A stretch of DNA of 58,403 nt, taken from assembly GCA_016933415.1 (NCBI GenBank), contig JAFGAX010000140.1:1-58403 (forward strand), given 5' to 3'. The stretch is from a bacterium. Lineage in GTDB: Bacteria > Zhuqueibacterota > QNDG01 > DTFT01. The notes under the pieces were generated by a model. The model did not search any database. It was given only the letters and a program-made list of their open reading frames with translations, and was not told where the DNA came from. Both the position numbers and the translations under genes were made by a program. Positions 1 to 8,571 of the stretch are shown piece after piece. Position 1 is the first letter of the stretch. Each line of letters opens with the position of its first letter.

Positions 1-243
1 GGACCAGCCGTTCCGGGAAGAATCCAGGCATTTCCGTTCTCCGGCTCGCGGAGATCACCTTGGACGGCTGGATGCCGGACCGCTCCGGTTGAACGCGGCG
101 TCGTTGTTTCCGGGTCATGCGGTAATGTAGGGCGGTTTCCAGAAAAAAACCAATGCTTTTGGCTGTTCCGGCGCGGGCCGGAACGCGTCCGCATTCCTTC
201 GTATTCCGCTTTCGGACGGTTTCAGCCCGACCCGAAACCCACG

Positions 244-276
244 AAAAAAGCCCCTTCATCCCGAAGGGGCTTTTTT
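244..276. terminator. Rho-independent terminator (bidirectional form) downstream of trpB2
   Basis: AAAAAAGCCCCTTC-ATCCC-GAAGGGGCTTTTTT: perfect stem with A/T tracts on both sides, 20 nt past the trpB2 stop. Confidence 0.85.
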
Positions 277-296
277 GATTTGGGTCCAGTCTGAAG

Positions 297-1661
297 TTAT
301 TCCGGCACAACGGGCAGGTGCTTCTGCGCTTCCTTGACCAGTTCGTCCGGGTACTCGTAATCCTCGAGATTGTTGCTGAGATAACGCTCGTAGGATCCCA
401 TGTCGAAGTGCCCGTGCCCGCTGGCATTGAAGACGATCACTTTCTTCTCTCCGGATTGTTTGCATTTCAGCGCTTCATCCATCGCGGTACGGACCGCATG
501 GCCGGTTTCGGGCGCCAGCACATGGCCTTCGGTGCGCGCGAAGCTGATCAGGGCTTCGAACACCGGCCGCTGATGCACGGCCACCGCCTCGATGAGCTTG
601 AGATCGTACAGGTGGCTGATGATCGGCGCCATGCCGTGATACCGCAGGCCTCCCGCGTGAATCGGGGCCGGCATGAAATTGTGCCCCAGCGTGAACATGC
701 GCAGCAGGGGCGTCAGTCCCGAAGTGTCGCCGAAATCATACCGGTACAGGCCCTTGGTCAGGGACGGACAGGCCAGGGGTTCGACCGCGATGATGCGCGT
801 CTTCTTCTTGTCCACGATCTTGTCGCGCACGAAGGGGATGCTGAAACCGGCGAAATTGGAACCGCCCCCCACGCATCCGACCAGAATGTCCGGGTATTCC
901 CCGATTTTTTCGAACTGCTTTTTAACCTCGAGACCGATGATCGTCTGGTGCAGCATCACGTGGTTCAGCACGGAACCCAGGGAATACCGGGTGTCGTCGC
1001 GTTTGATCGTATCCTCCACGGCTTCGCTGATGGCGATGCCGAGGGATCCCGGCGAATCCGGATTTTCAGCGAGCACTTTCCGGCCCGCTTCCGTGTCCGT
1101 GCTCGGGCTCGGGATGCATTTGGCGCCCCAGGTTTCCATGAGCAGCCGGCGGTAGGGTTTCTGGTTGAAGCTGATCTTGACCATGTACACCTTGCACTCG
1201 ATGCCGAACAGGTTGCAGGCGAATGCCAGGGCGCTGCCCCACTGTCCGGCCCCGGTTTCGGTGGCGATGCGCTTCACGCCCTCCTTCATGTTGTAATAGG
1301 CCTGGGGAACCGAAGTGTTGACCTTGTGACTGCCCGCCGGGCTGGTGCCCTCCCATTTATAATAGATTTTCGCTGGCGTGTCGAGGGCTTTTTCCCAGTT
1401 CCGGGCCCGGACCAGGGGCGAGGGTCTCCAGATCCGGTAAATGTCCTGTATTTCCTCCGGAATGTCGATGAACCGCTCCTGGCTGACTTCCTGCTGAATG
1501 AGGCCCATGGGAAATATCGGAGCGAGATCATCCGGCCCGATCGGCTTGCCGGTTCCGGGATGCAGGGCCGGCGGGAGCGGTTTCGGCAGGTCCGCCTGTA
1601 TGTTGTACCACTGACCGGGCATCTCCTTCTCGGTCAGCAATATCTTCTTCGCATCACGCAT
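297..1661 (-). CDS. trpB2: TrpB-like PLP enzyme, tryptophan synthase beta type 2 (TrpB2)
   Basis: 454 aa; GSHKxNT PLP-lysine motif, [24 protein letters not shown]; long N-terminus typical of TrpB2; no trpA adjacent. Confidence 0.93.
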   Translation of the reverse strand: MRDAKKILLTEKEMPGQWYNIQADLPKPLPPALHPGTGKPIGPDDLAPIFPMGLIQQEVSQERFIDIPEEIQDIYRIWRPSPLVRARNWEKALDTPAKIYYKWEGTSPAGSHKVNTSVPQAYYNMKEGVKRIATETGAGQWGSALAFACNLFGIECKVYMVKISFNQKPYRRLLMETWGAKCIPSPSTDTEAGRKVLAENPDSPGSLGIAISEAVEDTIKRDDTRYSLGSVLNHVMLHQTIIGLEVKKQFEKIGEYPDILVGCVGGGSNFAGFSIPFVRDKIVDKKKTRIIAVEPLACPSLTKGLYRYDFGDTSGLTPLLRMFTLGHNFMPAPIHAGGLRYHGMAPIISHLYDLKLIEAVAVHQRPVFEALISFARTEGHVLAPETGHAVRTAMDEALKCKQSGEKKVIVFNASGHGHFDMGSYERYLSNNLEDYEYPDELVKEAQKHLPVVPE

Positions 1662-1935
1662 GTTTCCTCCTGGACTTCGGTTTACCGATGTAGCGGTTGG
1701 TGACGGTGGACGGATCCTTGATGAGCCGCGCGCCCCGGGTGATCTTGCAGAGACTGACGCCCAGCACCTCCGCGATCCGCCTCTGGGGCATGCCGGTTTT
1801 CAGCATCTTCATGAGTTTCCAGCGCAGGGAGAGATCCGCGATTTCCGAGCGGGTGAAGATTTCCCGGAAGAACCGGCGCATGGTGGCCGGATCGCGGATG
1901 GCCGCGAACACCTCGATCAGGTCGCGGTCCTCCAT
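1654..1935 (-). CDS. trpR: Trp repressor family (TrpR/YerC) regulator
   Basis: 93 aa from ATG 1935 (GAGGGGG RBS); [13 protein letters not shown]...[26 protein letters not shown] matches the TrpR HTH; overlaps trpB2 start by 8 nt. Confidence 0.8.
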   Translation of the reverse strand: MEDRDLIEVFAAIRDPATMRRFFREIFTRSEIADLSLRWKLMKMLKTGMPQRRIAEVLGVSLCKITRGARLIKDPSTVTNRYIGKPKSRRKHA

Positions 1936-1971
1936 GCCCCCTCTTTCGCGTTTGTTTCTATTCATAGTAGC

Positions 1972-2000
1972 AAAATAAGAAAAAAAATGCGCTTCGTCAA
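1972..2000 (-). promoter_or_regulatory. Putative sigma70 promoter for trpR-trpB2
   Basis: TTGACG-17 nt-TATTTT on the minus strand. Confidence 0.55.
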
Positions 2001-2020
2001 GCGTTTTCTGGATTTTGGAT

Positions 2021-2052
2021 AAAAAAAAGGCCGGTTCGTTTGAACCGGCCTC
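2021..2052 (-). terminator. Rho-independent terminator
   Basis: AGGCCGGTTC-gttt-GAACCGGCCT stem; the plus-strand A8 gives a U-tract on the minus strand, downstream of the 2075..3226 gene. Confidence 0.8.
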
Positions 2053-2074
2053 TATCACTGCCTTGCGAACAGGA

Positions 2075-3226
2075 TTATTTCATCTTCGTCATCTTGCGGA
2101 TGTCGGTCCGGTCTCCCGCCTGGATGCGGTAGAAATAGATGCCCGAGGCCGCCTGCCGCCCGGCCGCGTCGGTGCCGTCCCACGAAACCGCGTAGATGCC
2201 GGCGGGCCTGTGGCCGTTCACCAGAGTGGCGACTTCCTTGCCCAGCAGGTTGAAAATCGTGATCTTCACCTGCGCCGCGTCGCGGATTTCGTATTCGAAC
2301 TGCGTCGTCGGATTGAAGGGATTCGGATAGTTCTGCGACAGGCGGAAGCCCTGGGGCGCCGGCTTGGTGGTGACGGCCAGCGGGCCGTAATAGGACTTGC
2401 TGGTGTCGCCGAACACCGTGGAGATTTCATGGATCTGGTAGTAATAGGTCTTGTCCCATCCCACATTCGGATCGCTGAACGCGTATTCCATGGCCGATGA
2501 GCTGTTGCCCTGTCCGGGGATCATGGCGCCCGTGACGCGCGTCCAGGAGCCGATCTCGGCGTCCGGGGATTCACTGCGCAGGATGTGGAATCCGGCGGAA
2601 TTCACTTCGCTCTGCGTGGTCCAGTTGAGTTTCACGCCGGCGTCGTACGCGTATTCGCCGAAGAAACGCTGCATCTGGACGGGCAGGGACACATCAGTCA
2701 GATCCGCCGGCATCGAAGCCCGGGTACCGGTCTGGATGTAGGGTTCTCCGAGAAAGGTGTTCCATGCATCCACTTCCCAAAGCGGGTAGGAGCCATTAGA
2801 GGTCCATTCGAATGTGGTTTTAAAACCGGGTGTGCTTGAATACTGATATTCAAAGGTATAAATCGTTTCCCATGTGGACTTGGAAATTGTTTTAAGGTTG
2901 GTGCCATCATCATTCGCTGAAAGAAACTCGAAATAGCAAAAACCATTGGAGTAATTCGTATTTTTCAGATAATCTCCATCCGGGAAATAATCAGGGTCGT
3001 TCTGTATGACCGTCGGAGTGAGATCCCGCAGATCGTCTCCAACATAGAATTGACCGGAAAAGAGATATATTTTATAACCAAATGTAGAATATGCTTGTAC
3101 AGCGACCCGGATGACGCCATTTGTTCCGTCATCGGTATGCAGTGTCTTGACCAGCCTCATGTTCACGGCCGAGTAACTCGACACCGCGAACAACAGCCCG
3201 AACACAACCATTAGCATTTTTTTCAT
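2075..3226 (-). CDS. Secreted protein with variable N-terminal domain, LPV-xxx-F...WxTxSE Ig-like domain and FlgD-Ig/T9SS-A-like C-terminal sorting domain
   Basis: 383 aa; SPI signal MKKMLMVVFGLLFAVSSYSA; SLPVQMQRF...LNWTTQSEVNSAGFHILRS; C-terminal LSQNYPNPFNP...WDGTD...SGIYFYRI. Confidence 0.85.
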   Translation of the reverse strand: MKKMLMVVFGLLFAVSSYSAVNMRLVKTLHTDDGTNGVIRVAVQAYSTFGYKIYLFSGQFYVGDDLRDLTPTVIQNDPDYFPDGDYLKNTNYSNGFCYFEFLSANDDGTNLKTISKSTWETIYTFEYQYSSTPGFKTTFEWTSNGSYPLWEVDAWNTFLGEPYIQTGTRASMPADLTDVSLPVQMQRFFGEYAYDAGVKLNWTTQSEVNSAGFHILRSESPDAEIGSWTRVTGAMIPGQGNSSSAMEYAFSDPNVGWDKTYYYQIHEISTVFGDTSKSYYGPLAVTTKPAPQGFRLSQNYPNPFNPTTQFEYEIRDAAQVKITIFNLLGKEVATLVNGHRPAGIYAVSWDGTDAAGRQAASGIYFYRIQAGDRTDIRKMTKMK

Positions 3227-3309
3227 GGGACTTACCTCCCAATGGTTTCGTTATTAAACCTGTAAAGAAATACTATATATAAATTAGTATATTGCTCGAA
3301 TTACTGGTT

Positions 3310-3338
3310 AATCTATATATTTATTAAATCAATGTCAA
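3310..3338 (-). promoter_or_regulatory. Putative sigma70 promoter for the 2075..3226 gene
   Basis: TTGACA-17 nt-TAGATT in an AT-rich divergent intergenic region. Confidence 0.65.
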
Positions 3339-3523
3339 GAGAAATGTTCAATTTGCCGGGATATGAACATTTAGTCACATACTTTGCAAATTTCATGCCT
3401 TATATTCACTGTTGTCCTCAATTAAGGATTCCGGACAACCATAAAAATTTTAAATAGCAGTTTCCGATTGATTTCATGCGCCGATTTTATTAACATCAAT
3501 ATCCCTAAAAATCAGGAATTGAG

Positions 3524-4951
3524 ATGATCCGCAAATCCATTGTTTTTACAATATTTATATCAACTTCACCTATATTCGCGTCAGAACCCGGCCAGACTTC
3601 TCTTGGATCAGTTTTACCGATCTGGAGCGTCATTCCTTTCATCGGGATACTGCTTTCCATTGCATTTCTGCCCCTCGTGAAACCCCGGTTCTGGCACAGA
3701 CATTTTCCAAAAGTTTCCCTGTTCTGGGCTGCACTCCTGGCGATTCCCCTGATCGCAGCCTTCGGTTCCCCTGCCTGGACCGAGTTGAAACATGTCATTC
3801 TGGTCGATTTTCTACCTTTTATCATCCTGCTCTGTGCCCTTTTCACGGTATCCGGCGGCATCTGTCTGGAAGGCAGTCTGACAGGCACTCCCCTGCTCAA
3901 TTCGATTCTCCTCCTGGCCGGAACCGTGATCGCTTCCTGGACCGGCACCACGGGCGCGTCCATGCTGATGATACGCCCGGTGCTGAGGGCCAACGCGAAC
4001 CGCAAAACAAAAGCCCATATGGTGGTTTTCTTCATCTTTCTGGTCAGCAACATCGGAGGCGCACTCACGCCCCTTGGCGACCCGCCCCTTTTTCTCGGTT
4101 TCCTTCACCACGTCCCGTTTTTCTGGACGATCTGCCTGTTGCCTGAAATGGCGTTCGTGACTGCGATCCTCCTGGCCGTTTTTTTTCTCTGGGACACCTG
4201 GCTGTGGCGGAGAGAAAAGAAAGACGTTCAGGCGGACACCGCGCCGCAGGAAAAGAGCCGTCGGCCCGGCCTCCGGCTCTCCGGAAGCCATAACTTCATC
4301 TACCTCGCGGGCATTGTCGCCGCGGTACTGGTCAGCGGTTTCTGGCATCTCCCGGAGGTGAACGCGGCCGGCGTTCACATCCCCCTGCAGAACCTGATCC
4401 GCGATTGCCTCCTGCTCCTGATTGTCTTTCTGTCCTGGATGACCACGTCACGGGACATCCGGACCCGGAACGAGTTTACCTGGGGCCCCATCCGGGAGGT
4501 GGCCGTCCTGTTCGCGGGCATCTTTGTCACGATCATCCCGGCCGTCGCCATTCTGAAGGCCGGGGAACAGGGCGCCCTGGCCGGCCTGATCCGGGCGGTG
4601 CGCACGCCCGTGCATTATTTCTGGGCATCCGGCCTCCTGTCCAGTTTTCTCGACAATGCCCCGACCTATCTGACATTTTTCAACACGGCCATCGGCCGTT
4701 TCGCGCCCGGAATGCCGGAGCCCCTGGCGGTCGGCCGGCTCATTTGTGAAAATGCCGTTTACCTCAAAGCCATTTCCCTGGGCGCGGTGTTCATGGGCGC
4801 CAATACCTACATTGGAAACGCGCCGAATTTCATGGTGCGTTCCATCGCCGAAGAAAGCGGCGTCCGCATGCCGAGCTTCTTCGGATACATGGGCTATTCC
4901 CTCGTTGTGCTGATTCCGGTTTTCATCCTCACCACCTGGATTTTCTTCTAG
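3524..4951 (+). CDS. IT-superfamily membrane transporter (sodium:proton antiporter / CitMHS_2-like)
   Basis: 475 aa, about 12-13 hydrophobic segments; SWTGTTGASM, NIGGALTPLGDPPLFLGFL, SSFLDNAPTY, TYIGNAPNFMV motifs. Confidence 0.8.
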   Translation: MIRKSIVFTIFISTSPIFASEPGQTSLGSVLPIWSVIPFIGILLSIAFLPLVKPRFWHRHFPKVSLFWAALLAIPLIAAFGSPAWTELKHVILVDFLPFIILLCALFTVSGGICLEGSLTGTPLLNSILLLAGTVIASWTGTTGASMLMIRPVLRANANRKTKAHMVVFFIFLVSNIGGALTPLGDPPLFLGFLHHVPFFWTICLLPEMAFVTAILLAVFFLWDTWLWRREKKDVQADTAPQEKSRRPGLRLSGSHNFIYLAGIVAAVLVSGFWHLPEVNAAGVHIPLQNLIRDCLLLLIVFLSWMTTSRDIRTRNEFTWGPIREVAVLFAGIFVTIIPAVAILKAGEQGALAGLIRAVRTPVHYFWASGLLSSFLDNAPTYLTFFNTAIGRFAPGMPEPLAVGRLICENAVYLKAISLGAVFMGANTYIGNAPNFMVRSIAEESGVRMPSFFGYMGYSLVVLIPVFILTTWIFF

Positions 4952-4954
4952 GCG

Positions 4955-4991
4955 AAAAAAGGCCTCCCGGAACCGCATGGAACCGGGAGGC
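4955..4991 (-). terminator. Rho-independent terminator for cimA
   Basis: GCCTCCCGG...CCGGGAGGC stem with an A6 tract on its left (U-tract on the minus strand). Confidence 0.65.
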
Positions 4992-5038
4992 GTTGACTGT
5001 CCGCCCCCGGAAAAAGTCGACCCGTTCAGACGCCGGGC

Positions 5039-6619
5039 TCAGGGCGCCGGCCGGCTCTTCCCCTCCGTCTTCCCCTTCTGCAGCGCCGTCAGGTTCATCA
5101 TCTTCTCCGTGGCCTCGATCGCGGCCATGACCTGGTCCGAATTGACGCCCTTGGTCATGAACAGCGCCTCGCCGCTGCGCCAGGTGATGGCGCACCGGAC
5201 CAGCGCGTCCGTTTTTCCGCCCGGCGGGATGGAGACGGCGTAATCCACCAGTTTCGGAAGGGGGAAGGCGATGCGGTGCGCCACGCCGTGCAGGGCGTTC
5301 ATGAACGCGTCGTATCCGCCGTCGCCCTGGGCGCTGGATTCAAGCTCCTGTTCGCTCCCGTCCTCCGGATTGCGGACAATAACCTTGATCGTGGCCATGG
5401 GCTTGAGGTCCATGCTGGTGACGATGACGCAGGACCGGAATGTGAAACGCTTCTCTTCCGGCGTGTCGAGCACGTCGGTCACGATGTACGGGAGGTCGTC
5501 GTCCGTGATGCTCTCCTTGCGGTCGCCGAGCTCCACGATGCGGTCCAGCACCGTCCGCTTCTGTTCCGGGGTCAGGGTGATGCCCAGCTTTTCCAGATTG
5601 TAATCCAGGCTGGATTTTCCGCTGAGCTTGCCCAGCGCGTACTGCCGTTTCCGGTTGAAACGCTCGGGCATGAGCCGGGTGTGGTAGAGATTGCCTTTCT
5701 TGTCGCCGTCCGCGTGTATGCCGGCCGTCTGGGTGAACACGTTCGATCCGGAGATGGGTTTGTTGAACGGGACGCGGCATCCGGAATAGGCCTCGACGGC
5801 CTGGCTGACGCGGAACAGCTCCTTTTCGTCCACGTTCGTGGAAAGACCGAGAAAATCATGGATGCCGATCACGGTTTCGTCGAGCGGCGTGTTCCCCGCC
5901 CTTTCGCCCATGCCGTTCACCGTGCAATGGACGCACCGGATCCCCGCCTCAACGGCCGCCAGCGTGTTGGCCACGGCGAGTCCGTAATCGTTGTGTCCGT
6001 GAAAATCGAAACACAGGCCGGGGAAGCGTTTCACGACATCCGAGGTGAACGCCGCCACCTGTCCCGGATACAGAACGCCCAGCGTGTCCGGCAGGAGAAA
6101 CCGCCGAATGGACGACCCGGCGAACTGTTCCAGGAGGAAATAGACATACTCCGGGGAGTGCAGCATGCCGTTGGACCAGTCCTCGAGATACAGATTGCAG
6201 GCCACTCCCCTGGATTCCGCGTACGCGAGCGCGTCGCGGATGTCCCGGACGTGCTCCTCCCTGGTTTTCTTCAGCTGATGGACGCAGTGCTTCAGGGACC
6301 CCTTGGCGAGCAGATTCATCACACGGCCGCCCTGGGAAACCAGCCAGTCGACCGATTTCCCGCCGTCCACGAAGCCGAGGATCTCGACGCGGCCGTCCAG
6401 GCCCTCTGATTTCGCCCATTCGATGATGCGGCGCACGGCCGCTTCTTCACCCTTGCTGACGCGCGCGCTGGCGATTTCCACGCGGTCCACACCGACCGCC
6501 TGAAGAAGCATCTTGGCCAGCGCGAGCTTCTCCTCGGGCGGATAGCTGACATTCTTCATCTGCTCGCCGTCTCGGAGCGTGGTATCCATGACACAGACGC
6601 GGTTTGTTTCCGATGACAT
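5039..6619 (-). CDS. cimA: Citramalate synthase (Leptospira/Bacteroides CimA type; LeuA family with C-terminal regulatory domain)
   Basis: DTTLRDGEQ, VDRVEIASARVSKGE, YLEDWSNG, FHGHNDYG, GERAGN, TQTAGIHADGDKKGNLY, YALGKLSGK; start set at MSSETN (6619). Confidence 0.85.
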   Translation of the reverse strand: MSSETNRVCVMDTTLRDGEQMKNVSYPPEEKLALAKMLLQAVGVDRVEIASARVSKGEEAAVRRIIEWAKSEGLDGRVEILGFVDGGKSVDWLVSQGGRVMNLLAKGSLKHCVHQLKKTREEHVRDIRDALAYAESRGVACNLYLEDWSNGMLHSPEYVYFLLEQFAGSSIRRFLLPDTLGVLYPGQVAAFTSDVVKRFPGLCFDFHGHNDYGLAVANTLAAVEAGIRCVHCTVNGMGERAGNTPLDETVIGIHDFLGLSTNVDEKELFRVSQAVEAYSGCRVPFNKPISGSNVFTQTAGIHADGDKKGNLYHTRLMPERFNRKRQYALGKLSGKSSLDYNLEKLGITLTPEQKRTVLDRIVELGDRKESITDDDLPYIVTDVLDTPEEKRFTFRSCVIVTSMDLKPMATIKVIVRNPEDGSEQELESSAQGDGGYDAFMNALHGVAHRIAFPLPKLVDYAVSIPPGGKTDALVRCAITWRSGEALFMTKGVNSDQVMAAIEATEKMMNLTALQKGKTEGKSRPAP

Positions 6620-6667
6620 GGGAATCCCCATTCGATGGTGAACGCTCATCCTCGGCCGGCGAAGCGG

Positions 6668-7006
6668 TCAGGTCTCCATGCCGAGCTTGATCATCGCCTT
6701 TTTCAGATACTCCGCCAGATGCTGTTTTTCCATCAGGTACCGGATCGCCTTCTCCTTGGTCATGTAGATGTTCCCCAGAATGAATTCGAACCGGTCCGAT
6801 CCCGGATCCCCGCGTCCCACCGAAATCATGGCCACGAGTTCCACGATCTCGTGGTGGGGCATGCCGGCCAGAACCGCATCCAGTTCCTCCGAGGGCCCGG
6901 GTGTCCCGCCCTCCGGGGCGCTCCGGGTCTCCATCGCTTCGGCAAGCGCAATGACGCGGCGCACGGTTTCGGGCTGTATGATGTGCATGAAATGACTCCG
7001 GCTCAC
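6668..7006 (-). CDS. Small DUF3775-like protein
   Basis: 112 aa; ELVAMISVGRGD...YLMEKQHLAEYLKKAM resembles the DUF3775 pattern. Confidence 0.55.
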   Translation of the reverse strand: MSRSHFMHIIQPETVRRVIALAEAMETRSAPEGGTPGPSEELDAVLAGMPHHEIVELVAMISVGRGDPGSDRFEFILGNIYMTKEKAIRYLMEKQHLAEYLKKAMIKLGMET

Positions 7007-7145
7007 GCTTTGAATGACGCAGCGCTGCTGGCCGCCGATGCGGATGACGCATGCCCGGAGGACTCGGACCGGCGCCCCCGCCGGATCCCGGCCTTCGGCC
7101 GGCCGTACGGATCAGAGACGGGGAATCCGGCCCCGGACACGGCCG

Positions 7146-8129
7146 TCACTTCACCGGATCCAGACGCGCCAGGGTCTGTGGTTTGAATTCCAGTTCGATC
7201 CTGTCCGCGAGCACGGGATTGATGTAGCCCCGCGTCTCCCGGTTCACGGCCACGGGAAAATCGACGGGTGATTTGCCCGACAGAATGTCCAGCGCGGTAC
7301 GGACCGCCCACTGTCCCTGTTCGCTTTCGACCATGGTGAAGCCGAACACCGCGTAACGCATCATGGACCGTTCGCAGGTGAACACGGGCTTTCGGATGGT
7401 CCGGAAGACAAATTCATAGGCTTTCGTGTCGTTCCAGCCTTGGATCCCGCCGATGGAGGGAAGGAACACGGCGTCCGCCGTGTTGTTGGCCGCGTCAAAG
7501 TGTCTTTTCCATTCGTTGAAATCATCCACCAGGAGTGTTTCGGAGTGGAGTCCCTCCCCCCGGAGAAGGGTTTCAAGTGTCCGGGCATTCTTGCGGTCGC
7601 TCACGGAATTTCCGGAGAGAACAAAACAGTTCCGGACCGAGGGGACATTGTCCCGCAGCGCGCGAACGGTCTCCCGGACGGGGGGGATTTCAAGAATGCC
7701 CGTGACCTGCGCGGTCGGCAGTCCGTACTGCTGGCAGGACCAGTCCACGCCGCAAAAAACAACCGGGATGCCGCCTTTCCTGAAATACGGCGCGATGATG
7801 TGCTTCACCGCATCGTCGTCCGCGGCGATCAGCACGTCCGGATGAAACGCCTCCACGGTTTCGAGCGCTTCGCGGATCCTGGACTGAAGTTGTTTTTCGT
7901 CCCGTTGTCTCTGGGCGTCGAGAAAGAATATCTTCAGGACGATGTCGGGCCGGGCGGCGACGGCCTGCTGAACGGCGAGCATCTTCTCGTCGCTCGGCGC
8001 ATATCCTTCGTGACAGGAATTGAGATAGAGAATGCGTCGCGGCGATTCACCGCATCCGCACCAAAGCAACAGCGCCTGCAGACAGACAAACGCCGCTGCT
8101 CTTCCTGAAAAACCTCGTCTCATCATCAT
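7146..8129 (-). CDS. ABC-type substrate-binding (ABC_sub_bind-like) lipoprotein
   Basis: Lipobox-like LLLWCGC after MMMRRGF; LYLNSCHEG, DVLIAADDDAV, PVVFCGV, QGQWAVRTALDILSGKSP; ORF start trimmed to the ATG run at 8121-8129. Confidence 0.7.
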   Translation of the reverse strand: MMMRRGFSGRAAAFVCLQALLLWCGCGESPRRILYLNSCHEGYAPSDEKMLAVQQAVAARPDIVLKIFFLDAQRQRDEKQLQSRIREALETVEAFHPDVLIAADDDAVKHIIAPYFRKGGIPVVFCGVDWSCQQYGLPTAQVTGILEIPPVRETVRALRDNVPSVRNCFVLSGNSVSDRKNARTLETLLRGEGLHSETLLVDDFNEWKRHFDAANNTADAVFLPSIGGIQGWNDTKAYEFVFRTIRKPVFTCERSMMRYAVFGFTMVESEQGQWAVRTALDILSGKSPVDFPVAVNRETRGYINPVLADRIELEFKPQTLARLDPVK

Positions 8130-8432
8130 CCTTCCATCCGTGTCCGTTGTCTCAAGGCCTCCCTCCTTGAGCCCTGTCGGAAACCGGTGCGCCGCTGGAT
8201 GGTCACGGCGGAACGCGCCGGCTGAAAGAACCGGTTGCCGGACGCCTGTCGGGCATGCGGAGCGGCATTCCGGCGACACAAGACATGCGCCCTGTCCCCC
8301 CGCCGTCCCTGAGTCCGAAAAAACACAATGCGAAAAGACACATAAAGCCGTTATTATCCTGAAAATATAGTTAAAATTCGTCTCAAATGCCAGAGTTAAA
8401 TACAGATTGCCGTTCGAGGATGAATAAACGGC

Positions 8433-8461
8433 TTGCGAAAATGGGCCCGATTGTGTATTCT
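8433..8461 (+). promoter_or_regulatory. Putative sigma70 promoter for the transglutaminase gene
   Basis: TTGCGA-17 nt-TATTCT. Confidence 0.5.
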
Positions 8462-8571
8462 ACTGCGTCACGCGCGTTGGTCGGCACCGGCCGGTTCCAG
8501 GAGACGGCCGGACGGTTGTCCAACGCCGGTTCGGAATCTGATCCAAGGGCATTGACGCGATGGGAGACCCC

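Noticed and set aside
2075-3226. Diversity-generating retroelement target
   Set aside because: No reverse transcriptase and no template/variable repeat pair in the window; the variation is a whole low-GC domain.
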